This document shows positions 18,332 through 27,869 of a stretch of 64,000 nucleotides of DNA, piece after piece (the stretch's first letter is position 1; every line of letters starts with the position of its first letter). The position numbers and the translations under genes are program-made. The notes under the pieces were generated by a model. The model was not told where the DNA came from, did not search any database, and saw only the letters and a list, made by a program, of their open reading frames with translations. This DNA comes from a bacterium (GTDB lineage: Bacteria; UBA8248; JACPRG01; G963555815): contig CBDHDG010000007.1 in the NCBI GenBank assembly GCA_965261595.1, positions 512,001 through 576,000 of the forward strand, given 5' to 3'.

Positions 18332-20083
18332 ATGAGTGAAGCGGCTGCCGGCCATGCGGCGCATGAGCAGGCTCACGGCCACGGCGAGAGTTTCATCGAC
18401 AAATACATTTTCTCGACCGACCACAAGATGATCGCCAAGCAGTTTCTTTGGTACGGCTTGATCATGATGATTTTCGGCGGGTTGTTCGCCATGATGGTCC
18501 GCTGGCAGCTGGCGTGGCCGGAGACGGCGGTGCCCGGGTTCGGATGGGTTCCCGAGCCCTATATGTACGGTGGGATCATTCCGCCCGCGTTTTACAACAC
18601 GCTGTTCACCATGCACGCCACCATCATGATCTTCTTCGTGGTCATGCCGATCCTGGTGGGCTGCTTCGGGAATTACCTGATCCCGCTGATGATCGGCGCC
18701 GAGGACATGGCGTTCCCCAAGCTCAACATGCTCTCCTTCTGGGTGGCCGTGATAGCCGCCGTCGTGATGATCGCGGGGTTCTTCGTCCCCGGCGGGCATG
18801 CGGCCGGGGGCTGGACGGCGTACGCGCCCCTCTCGGCGAAAGAAGAGTTCACCAGCGTCGGAATGGGCATGAACCTTTGGATCATCAGTCTGATCATCCT
18901 GGGGTTCTCCTCGATGGGCGGCTCCATCAATTACATCACCACCACCATCAACATGCGCGCCTCCGGGATGACGTTCTTCCGGATGCCCCTCGTCCTGTGG
19001 TCCCTCTTTGTCGTCGCGGTCCTTCTTCTGCTGGCGCTGCCGGTCCTGGTGGCCGGTTTGGCGATGCTGCTGTTCGACCGGATGTTGGGCTCCAGCTTCT
19101 TCCTGGCCGAGGGCGGCGGCGACCCCCTGCTCTGGCAGCATATATTCTGGTTTTTCGGCCATCCCGAGGTGTACGTCCTGATCCTGCCAGCGATGGGGAT
19201 CGCCTCCGATGTCCTCTCGACCTTCTCGCGGAAACCCGTCTTCGGCTACCGCTCGATGGCCTACGCGTTGATCGCCATCGGTTTCCTCGGGTTCGTCGTC
19301 TGGGGCCACCACATGTTCCAGAGCGGGATGAACCCGGCCCTGGGAACCGGCTTCATGATCTCGACAATGGTCATCGCGGTTCCCTCCGCCATCAAGACCT
19401 TCAACTGGCTGGGCACGCTGTGGGGGGGGCAGATCCGCTTCACCGTCCCCATGCTGAACGCCCTGGCCTTCGTTTCGATGTTCGTGATCGGCGGCCTGAG
19501 CGGAATCTACATGGCTTCCACCCCCGTGGATATTTATATCCACGACACCTACTTCATCGTGGCCCACATCCATTACGTCGTCTTCGGAGGCAGCTTCTTC
19601 GGCCTCTTCGCCGGCATCTATTACTGGTACCCGAAGATGTTCGGAAAAGAGATGAGCAAGAAACTGGGCTACTGGCATTTTTTCCCGACGTTCGTTTTCT
19701 TCAACTGCACGTTCTTCCCGATGCACATTCTGGGCGTGGGCGGAATGATGCGACGAATTTACAACCCGGCGGAGTATGATTTTCTCCAGCCCCTCCTGCC
19801 CATGAATGTGTTCGTGACGGTCAGCGCCATCCTGCTCGGATTCTCCCAGATCCCCTTCGTCATCAACTTCATCGGGAGCATGGTGAAAGGGAAGAAGGCC
19901 GCTGAGAACCCCTGGCAGGCCAACACCGTGGAGTGGAGCGCGCCGACGCCCGTTCCACACGGCAACTTCCCGGTCGCCCCGGTGGTATACCGGGGCCCCT
20001 ATGAGTACAGCTCGCCCGAGGTGACCGAGGACTGGCTTCCCCAGACCAAGAAGCTCGAGACCCAAGCGGATTCGGCCCACTGA
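18332..20083 (+). CDS. coxA: Cytochrome c oxidase subunit I, A1 type
   Basis: STDHK, TMHATIM, WFFGHPEVY, WGHHMF, HDTYFIVAHIHY. Confidence 0.97.
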   Translation: MSEAAAGHAAHEQAHGHGESFIDKYIFSTDHKMIAKQFLWYGLIMMIFGGLFAMMVRWQLAWPETAVPGFGWVPEPYMYGGIIPPAFYNTLFTMHATIMIFFVVMPILVGCFGNYLIPLMIGAEDMAFPKLNMLSFWVAVIAAVVMIAGFFVPGGHAAGGWTAYAPLSAKEEFTSVGMGMNLWIISLIILGFSSMGGSINYITTTINMRASGMTFFRMPLVLWSLFVVAVLLLLALPVLVAGLAMLLFDRMLGSSFFLAEGGGDPLLWQHIFWFFGHPEVYVLILPAMGIASDVLSTFSRKPVFGYRSMAYALIAIGFLGFVVWGHHMFQSGMNPALGTGFMISTMVIAVPSAIKTFNWLGTLWGGQIRFTVPMLNALAFVSMFVIGGLSGIYMASTPVDIYIHDTYFIVAHIHYVVFGGSFFGLFAGIYYWYPKMFGKEMSKKLGYWHFFPTFVFFNCTFFPMHILGVGGMMRRIYNPAEYDFLQPLLPMNVFVTVSAILLGFSQIPFVINFIGSMVKGKKAAENPWQANTVEWSAPTPVPHGNFPVAPVVYRGPYEYSSPEVTEDWLPQTKKLETQADSAH

Positions 20084-20105
20084 GAGCGGCTTTGAGAAGC
20101 GGAGA

Positions 20106-21119
20106 ATGATGGGGAGCGCCGACCGTCAAATCCGAGACCGGAGGGAAAGCCGATCCGGGTTGCTCCACGGATTTGCCGTCCTGACGGCGTGGTGCACCTT
20201 CGGGTTGATCTTCATCGGCGGACTCGTCACGAGCACCGGTTCGGGCCTAGCCGTCCCGGACTGGCCGCTTGCCTTCGGCCAGGTATTCCCGAAGCTGGCC
20301 GGCGGGGTGCTCTTTGAGCACGGCCACCGTCTGGCCGCCGCCGCGGTGGGCCTGTTGACGGTCATCCTCACGGTCTGGATCTGCATGAGGGACTCCCGAA
20401 AATGGGTCCGGGTTCTGGCCCTGTCGGGTCTGGGCGCGGTCATTTTCCAGGGATTGCTCGGGGGCGCCACCGTCGTCCTGCAACTGCCGACGGCGGTTTC
20501 CGTTTCACACGCCCTGCTCGCCCAGGTCTTCTTTTGCGTGATGGTGACGCTCGCAATTGTCACGAACCCCGGTTGGAGAACCCGATCCCCTGAAGAATCG
20601 GCCAAGGGAGCGGCGGCGGGAGAGGGGGGAGGAGACCCCGGCTTGCAAAGGCTTTGCGTCGCGACGGCTGCGGTCATCTTCATCCAGTTGCTGCTCGGGG
20701 CGCTGATGCGGCACACCCACGCGGGGCTCGCCATTCCGGATTTCCCGCTCGCCTTCGGGGGCCTTGTTCCGCCGCTGGGCGATCCGCGCGTTGTGATCCA
20801 TTTTCTGCACCGCCTGGGCGCGGCGGCCGTGGCCGGGTTCGTGATTTGGACCGCGACGCGGGTCATCCGCCGCCGCCCGGAAGAATCGAAACTGCTTTGG
20901 CCCGCTTGTTCTCTGCTCGCCCTGTTGGCCTTTCAGATCATCCTGGGCGCTTTGATCATCTGGACGCGCAAGGCGGTGATCCCGACGACGGCCCACGTGG
21001 CCGTCGGCGCGGGGATCCTGGCCGTCACGGTGATCCTGACGCTACGCCTCCGGGCGCGCCGGGAGACGGAAGACGCCCCGGGCGCGCACCGGTGGGTTGC
21101 GGAGGGCGTTCCGGTATGA
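20106..21119 (+). CDS. ctaA: Heme A synthase COX15/CtaA family
   Basis: GG.VTSTGSGLAVPDWP, FEHGHR, HFLHR, AHV. Confidence 0.88.
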   Translation: MMGSADRQIRDRRESRSGLLHGFAVLTAWCTFGLIFIGGLVTSTGSGLAVPDWPLAFGQVFPKLAGGVLFEHGHRLAAAAVGLLTVILTVWICMRDSRKWVRVLALSGLGAVIFQGLLGGATVVLQLPTAVSVSHALLAQVFFCVMVTLAIVTNPGWRTRSPEESAKGAAAGEGGGDPGLQRLCVATAAVIFIQLLLGALMRHTHAGLAIPDFPLAFGGLVPPLGDPRVVIHFLHRLGAAAVAGFVIWTATRVIRRRPEESKLLWPACSLLALLAFQIILGALIIWTRKAVIPTTAHVAVGAGILAVTVILTLRLRARRETEDAPGAHRWVAEGVPV

Positions 21120-22021
21120 CGACGCGCGCGCAGACCCTGTCAATCGGTTTCACGGGCGTACGCCGGCGGGCCGGGGATTTTCTGGAGATGAGCAAACCCC
21201 GCGTCGTCTTGATGGTCCTGACGTCGATCCTCGTCGGCTTCTACCTGGGCGCGAGGGGGGTTGTGGATTATTGGGTTTTGCTTCAGACCCTGGCGGCGAC
21301 GGGGCTGACCACCGGGGGGACGCTCGCGTTGAACCAATACCTGGAGCGGGAGGTGGACGCCCAAATGGAGAGGACCCGGCTCCGGCCATTGCCGGACGGC
21401 CGTCTGAAGCCGGCGGAGGCCCTGGGATTCGGTGTGATCCTCGTCACCGCGGGTTTGCTCTACGCGACGTTTGCGGTGAACGTGCTGACGGGCTTTCTGA
21501 CCGCCTTGATCGTCGGCGCCTATCTCCTTCTGTATACGCCGCTGAAGGTGAAAACCGAGTTTTGCAATCTTCCCGGCGCCGTTGCGGGCGCGCTCCCGCC
21601 GGTGGTGGGGTGGGCCGCGGCCACCGGATCGCTGGAAATGAAGGCATGGGTGCTGTTCGCCATCATGTTCGTCTGGCAGTTCCCTCACCTGTTGGCCATT
21701 GGCTGGCTGTACAAGGAGGAATACGCGCGCGCGGGCGTCCGGCACATTGTGAGCAAGGACGCGAACCCCAGGGGCATCGGCCGGCAGATTGTGATCAACT
21801 GCTTGGCCCTCCTGGTCCTGGGATTGATGCCCACGCTGGTCGGTCTGGCGGGATCGGTTTACTTCATCGCCGCCCTGGCCGTCGGAATCGCTTTCCTGGT
21901 GTGCGGGATCGGGGCCGCCTTCTCGTTGACGGAATCCAGCGCCCGAAGGCTCCTGGTGGCCTCGCTGGTGCACTTGCCGGTCCTGCTCCTGTTGATGGTG
22001 ATCGACAAGGTTCCGGCCTAG
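21116..22021 (+). CDS. ctaB: Protoheme IX farnesyltransferase (heme O synthase)
   Basis: KPRVV, NQYLEREVDAQMERTRLRPLP, YTPLK, WQFPH; ATGA overlap with ctaA stop. Confidence 0.93.
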   Translation: MTTRAQTLSIGFTGVRRRAGDFLEMSKPRVVLMVLTSILVGFYLGARGVVDYWVLLQTLAATGLTTGGTLALNQYLEREVDAQMERTRLRPLPDGRLKPAEALGFGVILVTAGLLYATFAVNVLTGFLTALIVGAYLLLYTPLKVKTEFCNLPGAVAGALPPVVGWAAATGSLEMKAWVLFAIMFVWQFPHLLAIGWLYKEEYARAGVRHIVSKDANPRGIGRQIVINCLALLVLGLMPTLVGLAGSVYFIAALAVGIAFLVCGIGAAFSLTESSARRLLVASLVHLPVLLLLMVIDKVPA

Positions 22022-22041
22022 CGGGGCGGGTTGTTGAATCG

Positions 22042-22152
22042 ATGAGCGCCCTGAGCGTAAAAGAGCGAAACCGGCGTTTGGTCGCAATCCTGGCGCTGAC
22101 CGCCGGGGGGATTTTCGTCCTCGCGGTGGTCGGCATCTTGACTTTGAACTGA
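22042..22152 (+). CDS. Small single-TM protein in the cox operon (36 aa)
   Basis: MSALSVKERNRRLVAILALTAGGIFVLAVVGILTLN: basic patch plus hydrophobic helix, fills the gap between ctaB and subunit III. Confidence 0.55.
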   Translation: MSALSVKERNRRLVAILALTAGGIFVLAVVGILTLN

Positions 22153-22192
22153 GGTCGCTGAAGGTTCTTGGCGCCTTTCGGGGAGCCGGAGG

Positions 22193-22882
22193 ATGGTTGG
22201 GACAATCCCGGCGGATGCGGCCGTTGAAGAAAAGCTCGGAGGTTCCATTCCGCCGGAGCCGCCCGGGGGGCCGCCGCGCGACGACGGGGGACCGCGACCC
22301 GACTCCTCCCCGCGGGGCGAGCCGGGGAAACGGCCCGTGGGCAACGCCTACATCGGCCTGGCCATGTTTCTGGGGGCGGAAGCGATGTTTTTCGCCGGGC
22401 TCATCGCGGCCTTTCTGGTTTTCCGGTACGGAAGCCTGGTTTGGCCCCCGCCGTTTCAGCCCCGCCTGCCGTTGGGGGTGACGTGGGCCAACACGGGGGT
22501 CCTGCTCCTCAGCGCGCTGACGATGTTGTTGGCCTGGATGGCCTGGAAGAAGAGAGATCGGAAGAGGCTGATCAGACACCTGATCATCACGTCGGTGTTG
22601 GGGGGGGTGTTCCTGGCCGTTCAGGGCTCCGAGTGGGCCCGTCTCCTCCACTTCGGTCTTACGATCTCCAGCGGGGTGTATGGCGCGACCTTCTACACGC
22701 TGATCGGTTTTCACGGACTCCACGTCATCGGCGCGGTGATCTGGCTTGTGAGTGTTTCCGTCATGCTCCGGCGGGCGCCCTTCGCCCCGCGCTTTCGGAT
22801 AAGGCTTGAATTGTGCGCCATCTACTGGTATTTCGTCGTTGGGCTTTGGCCGGTGTTGTTCGGTTTGGTGTACTTGAGCTGA
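22193..22882 (+). CDS. Cytochrome c oxidase subunit III family (paralogue 1)
   Basis: GLAMFLGAEAMFFAGL, TFYTLIGFHGLHV, IYWYFV. Confidence 0.9.
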   Translation: MVGTIPADAAVEEKLGGSIPPEPPGGPPRDDGGPRPDSSPRGEPGKRPVGNAYIGLAMFLGAEAMFFAGLIAAFLVFRYGSLVWPPPFQPRLPLGVTWANTGVLLLSALTMLLAWMAWKKRDRKRLIRHLIITSVLGGVFLAVQGSEWARLLHFGLTISSGVYGATFYTLIGFHGLHVIGAVIWLVSVSVMLRRAPFAPRFRIRLELCAIYWYFVVGLWPVLFGLVYLS

Positions 22883-22910
22883 GCGAGCCGAATCGAAGGG
22901 TGGCGGGAGG

Positions 22911-23207
22911 ATGAAGTTGGAACGGGTTTCGAGGTTTAGGAAGAGGGCGCATTCCGGCGTTGCCTGGACGGCCGCCTTTGTCTGGGCGCTCTCGCCCGGG
23001 CCCGCCAGGGCCTGCGCGCTCTGCTTCGGAGACGTGGAATCCCTGGCGGGTTTCACCGTAAGCTGGCTTTTTCTCGTATTGATGCCCTTCGCCGTATTCG
23101 GCTCCGTCGGGGGATGGATCTATTGGATCCACCGGCGGAATGCATCGCGGAATTCGCCTGAGCGTTCGGGACGCCCGGCCTTGACACAGAAGGAGAGCGG
23201 ATGTTGA
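22911..23207 (+). CDS. Small membrane protein with CxxC after a signal-like segment
   Basis: ARA-CALCFGD followed by a TM helix; in the cox operon. Confidence 0.6.
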   Translation: MKLERVSRFRKRAHSGVAWTAAFVWALSPGPARACALCFGDVESLAGFTVSWLFLVLMPFAVFGSVGGWIYWIHRRNASRNSPERSGRPALTQKESGC

Positions 23208-23821
23208 CGCAAGAAGCGGCTGTTCACGCCGGCGCGGGGACGCACGAATCTCCTCTGACGCCGGAAAGCTGGGGCAAGCTGGGGATGTGGCTCTTCCTCG
23301 TGGGGGACGCCATGTCCTTCGGCGGTCTGCTGGCCGCCTATGGCGCGGCCCGGCTGGGAAGCGTCGATTGGCCGAATTCATCGGAGGTTCTGGGGATCAA
23401 CCTGACGGCGTTCATGACCTTCCTGCTGATTTGCAGCAGCTTGACGATGGTCAAGGCCCTTGCGGCCGTGAAACAAGGAGATGGGAAGGGTTTTCAGAAG
23501 TTCATGCTCCTGACCATCTCGGGGGGTGTCATCTTCCTCGCCCTCCAGGCGTATGAGTGGAACCATCTCATCAATACGGGCCTGAATATCAGCAGCAACC
23601 CGTGGGGAGCCTCGCTCTTCGGAGCGACTTTCTTCGCGATTACGGGTTTCCACGGACTGCATGTGACGGGCGGGGTCATCTATCTGAGCTGCGTTCTGAT
23701 TGAAGGTAAACGGGGACGGTTCGCCGGTGGAAAGTTCCAGCGGGTCGAAGTCGTGGGCCTCTACTGGCACTTCGTCGACTTGGTCTGGATTCTGGTGTTC
23801 ACGTTCGTTTACCTGTTGTGA
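23201..23821 (+). CDS. Cytochrome c oxidase subunit III family (paralogue 2)
   Basis: KLGMWLFLVGDAMSFGGL, FFAITGFHGLHV, GLYWHFVDLVW. Confidence 0.92.
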   Translation: MLTQEAAVHAGAGTHESPLTPESWGKLGMWLFLVGDAMSFGGLLAAYGAARLGSVDWPNSSEVLGINLTAFMTFLLICSSLTMVKALAAVKQGDGKGFQKFMLLTISGGVIFLALQAYEWNHLINTGLNISSNPWGASLFGATFFAITGFHGLHVTGGVIYLSCVLIEGKRGRFAGGKFQRVEVVGLYWHFVDLVWILVFTFVYLL

Positions 23822-23852
23822 ACCCTCGGCATGAAATGAAGGGAACGCCCTG

Positions 23853-24245
23853 ATGGCGGAAGAACACAAAGACACCAATTACATGGCCATCTTCTGGTGG
23901 CTTCTGGCGCTGACGATCCTCGAGGTTCTGGCGGCCATCTCTCCGATCGGCCAGGGCGCAAAGGCGACGCTTCTGGTGGTGATGGCCCTGGCCAAAGCCA
24001 TTCTGGTCGCCATGTATTTCATGCACCTGCGGTTCGAGACGAGAACCTTGGCCGCGATCGTCGTCACGCCGCTTGTTTTGTGCGTGTTCCTGTTGGTCAT
24101 GCTGTTCCCCGACATGCTGACGAATCCCAGCCAAACGGCGAAAACCTGGGGCGTTGAGAAGGTCAAGAAGGTGGACGCCGCTGACACGGACGATGATGAC
24201 GATGATGATGAAGATGATGATGAAGATGATGATGAAGATGATTGA
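23853..24245 (+). CDS. Cytochrome c oxidase subunit IV family with acidic tail
   Basis: LLALTILEV, KAILVAMYFMHLRFE; Asp/Glu tail. Confidence 0.85.
   Translation: MAEEHKDTNYMAIFWWLLALTILEVLAAISPIGQGAKATLLVVMALAKAILVAMYFMHLRFETRTLAAIVVTPLVLCVFLLVMLFPDMLTNPSQTAKTWGVEKVKKVDAADTDDDDDDDEDDDEDDDEDD
24192..24242 (+). repeat. GAT-rich tandem repeat encoding poly-Asp/Glu
   Basis: (GATGATGATGAA)x3 flanked by further GAT/GAC codons. Confidence 0.9.
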
Positions 24246-24346
24246 CCGGGACGTCCGGAAGGCCTCGTCCTCCTGGGGCGGCGCGCCGCCCATCCGCTTT
24301 TCTCCGGTCCGTGAACCGGATTTCCCTTTGAAGAGAACGGCCGCCC

Positions 24347-24802
24347 GTGCTCTCGGTTGCTGACCTTCCCGCGGTCAACGCGACGCTCAACGCCATCAGC
24401 GCGGCGCTCCTGATCTGTGGTTACGCGTTCATCCGGCGGAAAAACGTAACGGCCCACAAGGCGTGCATGCTCTCCGCTTTCGTGGTCTCGATCCTCTTTC
24501 TGGCCTCTTATCTGACCTACCATTACCACGTGGGTTCCGTCCCGTTCGGAGGCCAGGGCAGGGCCCGGCCTGTCTATTTCACCATTCTCATCTCCCACAC
24601 CGTCTTGGCGGCGGCCATCCCGCCTTTGGCGCTGGTCACGCTTTACCGGGCGTGGAAGGAACAATTCGAAAAGCACAGGCGCATCGCCCAGTGGACGCTC
24701 CCGATCTGGATCTACGTTTCGCTCACGGGGGTGGTGGTCTATTTGATGCTTTACCGGATTTACGGGCCGGCCCTACCGATCCAGCCGCTTGGAGGCGGAT
24801 AG
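24347..24802 (+). CDS. DUF420 family membrane protein
   Basis: LPAVNATLN, HKACML, FLASYLTYH, HRRIA..TLPIWIYVSLTGVVVY. Confidence 0.9.
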   Translation: MLSVADLPAVNATLNAISAALLICGYAFIRRKNVTAHKACMLSAFVVSILFLASYLTYHYHVGSVPFGGQGRARPVYFTILISHTVLAAAIPPLALVTLYRAWKEQFEKHRRIAQWTLPIWIYVSLTGVVVYLMLYRIYGPALPIQPLGGG

Positions 24803-24832
24803 CGCCCGCGCCCCGGACGCCCGTGTTGTGAT

Positions 24833-25234
24833 TTGTCCAGGGATGAAAGCACAGGGAATCGGATGGACGGCCCGGGTGGTCTCAGCATCCTGCGCAGGGG
24901 CGCGCGCCTGAAATGCCCGCGCTGCGGAACCGGCGCATTGTTCCGGGGGTTCTTCGCGATGCGTCCTGAGTGTCCGGATTGCGGTCTTCTCACCGAGCCG
25001 GAGATGGGGTATTACGTGGGCGCGATTTACATCAACTACGGGTTCACCGTCGGGATCGCCGTGACGGGATATTTTCTTCTGGATGCGTACACAAACATCG
25101 CGCTGAAAGGCCAGCTTGTCCTGTGGATCCCGTTTTGCGTCTTGTTTCCACTCTTATTCTTCCGGCATTCCAAGAGCCTGTGGTTGAGTCTCGACATCCT
25201 CTTCAACCCGCCGAAGGAAGGCGGATCTCCGTAG
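24833..25234 (+). CDS. DUF983 family Zn-ribbon membrane protein
   Basis: CPRCGTGALFRGFF...CPDCGL plus two TM helices. Confidence 0.8.
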   Translation: MSRDESTGNRMDGPGGLSILRRGARLKCPRCGTGALFRGFFAMRPECPDCGLLTEPEMGYYVGAIYINYGFTVGIAVTGYFLLDAYTNIALKGQLVLWIPFCVLFPLLFFRHSKSLWLSLDILFNPPKEGGSP

Positions 25235-25248
25235 AAAGCGTCCCGGCC

Positions 25249-26271
25249 GTGAGCCAACCCCCCATAAGCGTTGAACCCCTCCCCCCTGATTCGGCCGGCT
25301 CGCAGACCGAGCCGCCCGCGGTCGTCACCGAGGATCTCCACCACGCCTATGGCGCGCACATCGCGTTGAAAGGGGTCTCGCTCTCCGTCCGCCGGGGCGA
25401 GATTTTCGGCGTCCTGGGCGAGAATGGTGGCGGGAAGACCACGTTGTTCAAGATCCTCTCCACGCTCATGCCCCCCACCGGCGGAAGGGTCTCTCTCCTG
25501 GGTCGGGACGCCCTGAGGAATCCGCACGCCGTCCGAAAGCGCATCGGGGTGGTTTTCCAGCACGCGAGCCTCGACCCCAAGCTCACGGTCATCGAGAACC
25601 TCTTGCACCAGGGCCGGCTCTACGGCATGCGGGGAAGGGCCCTCAAAGAGCGGGCCCGGACAAACCTGGATCGCCTGGGCCTGGCCGGCCGGAGCCGGGA
25701 CCGGGCGGAAACCCTTTCCAGCGGCTTGAAACGCAGGGCGGAGCTGGCCAAGGCCCTCCTGCACCGGCCGGAAGTCCTCATCATGGATGAGCCTGGAACC
25801 GGTCTCGACCCCGGCGCCCGTTGTGATTTCGACGATTATCTGGCCGAGCTTCGGGAGTCGGATGGGACGACCGTTTTGTTGACGACGCATTTTCTGGAAG
25901 AGGCCGAGCGGTGCGACCGCGTCGCCTTCCTTCATCGGGGGGAGGTCGTCGCCCTGGGCGCGCCCGAGGAGATCAAGGCCCGCGTCGGCGGGGACGTGGT
26001 GGCTATCCACTCGGGCAATCCCGAAGGGTTGGGCGCGAAGGTGCGGGAGCGCTTCGGCTGCAAGGCGCAAGTCGTGCGCGGCGCGCTTCGCGTCGAGCGG
26101 CCGGAGGGCCATGAGTTCGTCCGGGAGGTGGTCAACGCCTTCCCCGGCGACATCCGCTCCGTCGCCTTCGGCAAGCCGACGCTGGAGGACGTCTTCGTCC
26201 GGCTGACCGGCCGCGGGCTCGACGACGGCGAGGCGGCGGAAAATGAGGGGGGGGGGGGGGCGGCGGCGTGA
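25249..26271 (+). CDS. ABC transporter ATP-binding protein
   Basis: GENGGGKTT Walker A, LSSG signature, IMDEP, TTH; start approximate. Confidence 0.9.
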   Translation: MSQPPISVEPLPPDSAGSQTEPPAVVTEDLHHAYGAHIALKGVSLSVRRGEIFGVLGENGGGKTTLFKILSTLMPPTGGRVSLLGRDALRNPHAVRKRIGVVFQHASLDPKLTVIENLLHQGRLYGMRGRALKERARTNLDRLGLAGRSRDRAETLSSGLKRRAELAKALLHRPEVLIMDEPGTGLDPGARCDFDDYLAELRESDGTTVLLTTHFLEEAERCDRVAFLHRGEVVALGAPEEIKARVGGDVVAIHSGNPEGLGAKVRERFGCKAQVVRGALRVERPEGHEFVREVVNAFPGDIRSVAFGKPTLEDVFVRLTGRGLDDGEAAENEGGGGAAA

Positions 26272-27068
26272 TGGGGTTCTGGCTGCCGGTCCTGTCCCTT
26301 TGGCGGCGGGAGATCGTCCGGTTCGTGAGACAAAGGAGCCGGGTCGTCGGCGCGCTGGTTCAGCCGCTGCTCTTCTGGGTCCTGCTGGGGAGCGGGTTCC
26401 GGGCGTCGTTCCGGGCGCCGGGAACGCCGGAGGGGGGGGGGGGAGGGGGGGGGATGAGCTATGCCGAGTATTTCTATCCGGGGATCATCGCGCTCGTCCT
26501 TCTCTTCACAGCGATCTTCTCGACCATTTCCACCGTCCAGGACCGGAGCGAAGGTTTTCTTCAGGGCGTGCTGGTGGCCCCGGCGCCCCGTTCGAGCATT
26601 GTCCTCGGGCAGGCCCTGGGCGGGACAACCCTGGCCCTCGTCGAGGGGCTGCTTCTCCTTCTCCTCGCCCCGCTGGCGGGCATCCCGCTGACGGTTCAAT
26701 CCGTGGTTCTGTCCCTGGCGGTGATGGCCCTGCTCTCTTTCGGGATGACGAGTCTGGGCCTCGCGATTGCCTGGCGGATGGAGTCGGTCCAGGGGTTTCA
26801 CGCCATCATGAACCTGTTCCTGATGCCGCTGTGGCTGCTTTCGGGGGCCATTTTTCCCGCCGAAGGGGCCCCTGTCTGGCTTGGATGGGTGATGCGGGTG
26901 AACCCGATGACCTACGGCGTCGCGGCCCTGCGGCGTTCCATGTACTGGGGGGGGGGAGGCCCGGCGAGTCCGCTTCCCTCTTTTTCGGCCTCCCTGACCG
27001 TCATGATCTTCTTTTCGGTCCTGATCTTCCTGACAACCGTCTGGATTGCTACGCGGCGCTCCGTCTAA
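26268..27068 (+). CDS. ABC-2 type permease
   Basis: PLLFWVLLGSG, YFYPGII, LSGAIFP, NPMTYGV. Confidence 0.88.
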   Translation: MMGFWLPVLSLWRREIVRFVRQRSRVVGALVQPLLFWVLLGSGFRASFRAPGTPEGGGGGGGMSYAEYFYPGIIALVLLFTAIFSTISTVQDRSEGFLQGVLVAPAPRSSIVLGQALGGTTLALVEGLLLLLLAPLAGIPLTVQSVVLSLAVMALLSFGMTSLGLAIAWRMESVQGFHAIMNLFLMPLWLLSGAIFPAEGAPVWLGWVMRVNPMTYGVAALRRSMYWGGGGPASPLPSFSASLTVMIFFSVLIFLTTVWIATRRSV

Positions 27069-27123
27069 ACATCCGCGGAGGGAGAATTTTCCCCTGTGAG
27101 GATTGAGGGGAGTGTTTTTTTTA

Positions 27124-27152
27124 TTGACTTTCGTGTATTATTTGTCTATATT
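27124..27152 (+). promoter_or_regulatory. Sigma70 promoter whose -10 overlaps the IS1595 target duplication
   Basis: TTGACT-17 bp-TATATT. Confidence 0.6.
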
Positions 27153-27181
27153 CAAGGCGATTATATACTTCACAGGACCAA

Positions 27182-27373
27182 TCAGGAGTGGAGTTCGAGG
27201 GGATCGCTGATTTCCTCGTCGTTCTTGTCGGTGTTCTTCGCCTTTACTTTCTCTTTCTTGGGTTTATTCATAGTTAAGAGTTTCTCTAACAGCTTTCTGA
27301 ATTTCTTCTCATCTAAATTTTCGTCGTTACTCTTGCTCATCTTGCCCTGGGGTCCTTTGGTCTCTAGTCCCAT
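27182..27373 (-). CDS. Small charged hypothetical protein (IS passenger, uncertain)
   Basis: 63 aa Lys/Glu-rich ORF overlapping the PIN gene end and stopping next to the IR. Confidence 0.35.
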   Translation of the reverse strand: MGLETKGPQGKMSKSNDENLDEKKFRKLLEKLLTMNKPKKEKVKAKNTDKNDEEISDPLELHS

Positions 27374-27869
27374 AACCTAGCTCTCCTTGGTCAGGCTGTG
27401 GGGGGGTGCAAATCTTCAGCTTTTCACCATCCTCTCTGTCAATCAGCCCATCGAGAGATAAAAGGTCGGAGCCATTAAAGGTGTGAAACTTGTCAACGTT
27501 ATGAAGGGCGGCTGAGGCGAGATGAATTGCATCCTGGGGTTTCAGCGTCTTGTCGGGGAGTGCGTTTATGGATCTGAGAATCCGCCGCGCCAAGATACCG
27601 ACGTCTCTATCCAATTGGATGTAAACAACATAATCTTGCTCAAGGAATTCCTCAAACATGGCGTCTTTTGCCTGAGCCAATCCTTTGTTCACCCCTTCAC
27701 ACTTTTTCTTGAAGACCTCTGCGAGGGTAAATGTTGACGTTAGTATCACAACCTCTTTTACCTCGGCCTGTTTGATGGCATGCCTACATGCAACTAGCCT
27801 GCCTTCTTCCTCGTTGATCAGGCCAATCCACACGCATGAATCCCAGTAGACCCGAGACTTATCCGTCAA
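27327..27869 (-). CDS. PIN-domain (VapC-like) nuclease
   Basis: VYWDSCVWI, TSTFTLAEV, DAIHLASA, FHTFNGSD acidic PIN pattern. Confidence 0.85.
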   Translation of the reverse strand: MTDKSRVYWDSCVWIGLINEEEGRLVACRHAIKQAEVKEVVILTSTFTLAEVFKKKCEGVNKGLAQAKDAMFEEFLEQDYVVYIQLDRDVGILARRILRSINALPDKTLKPQDAIHLASAALHNVDKFHTFNGSDLLSLDGLIDREDGEKLKICTPPQPDQGELGYGTRDQRTPGQDEQE

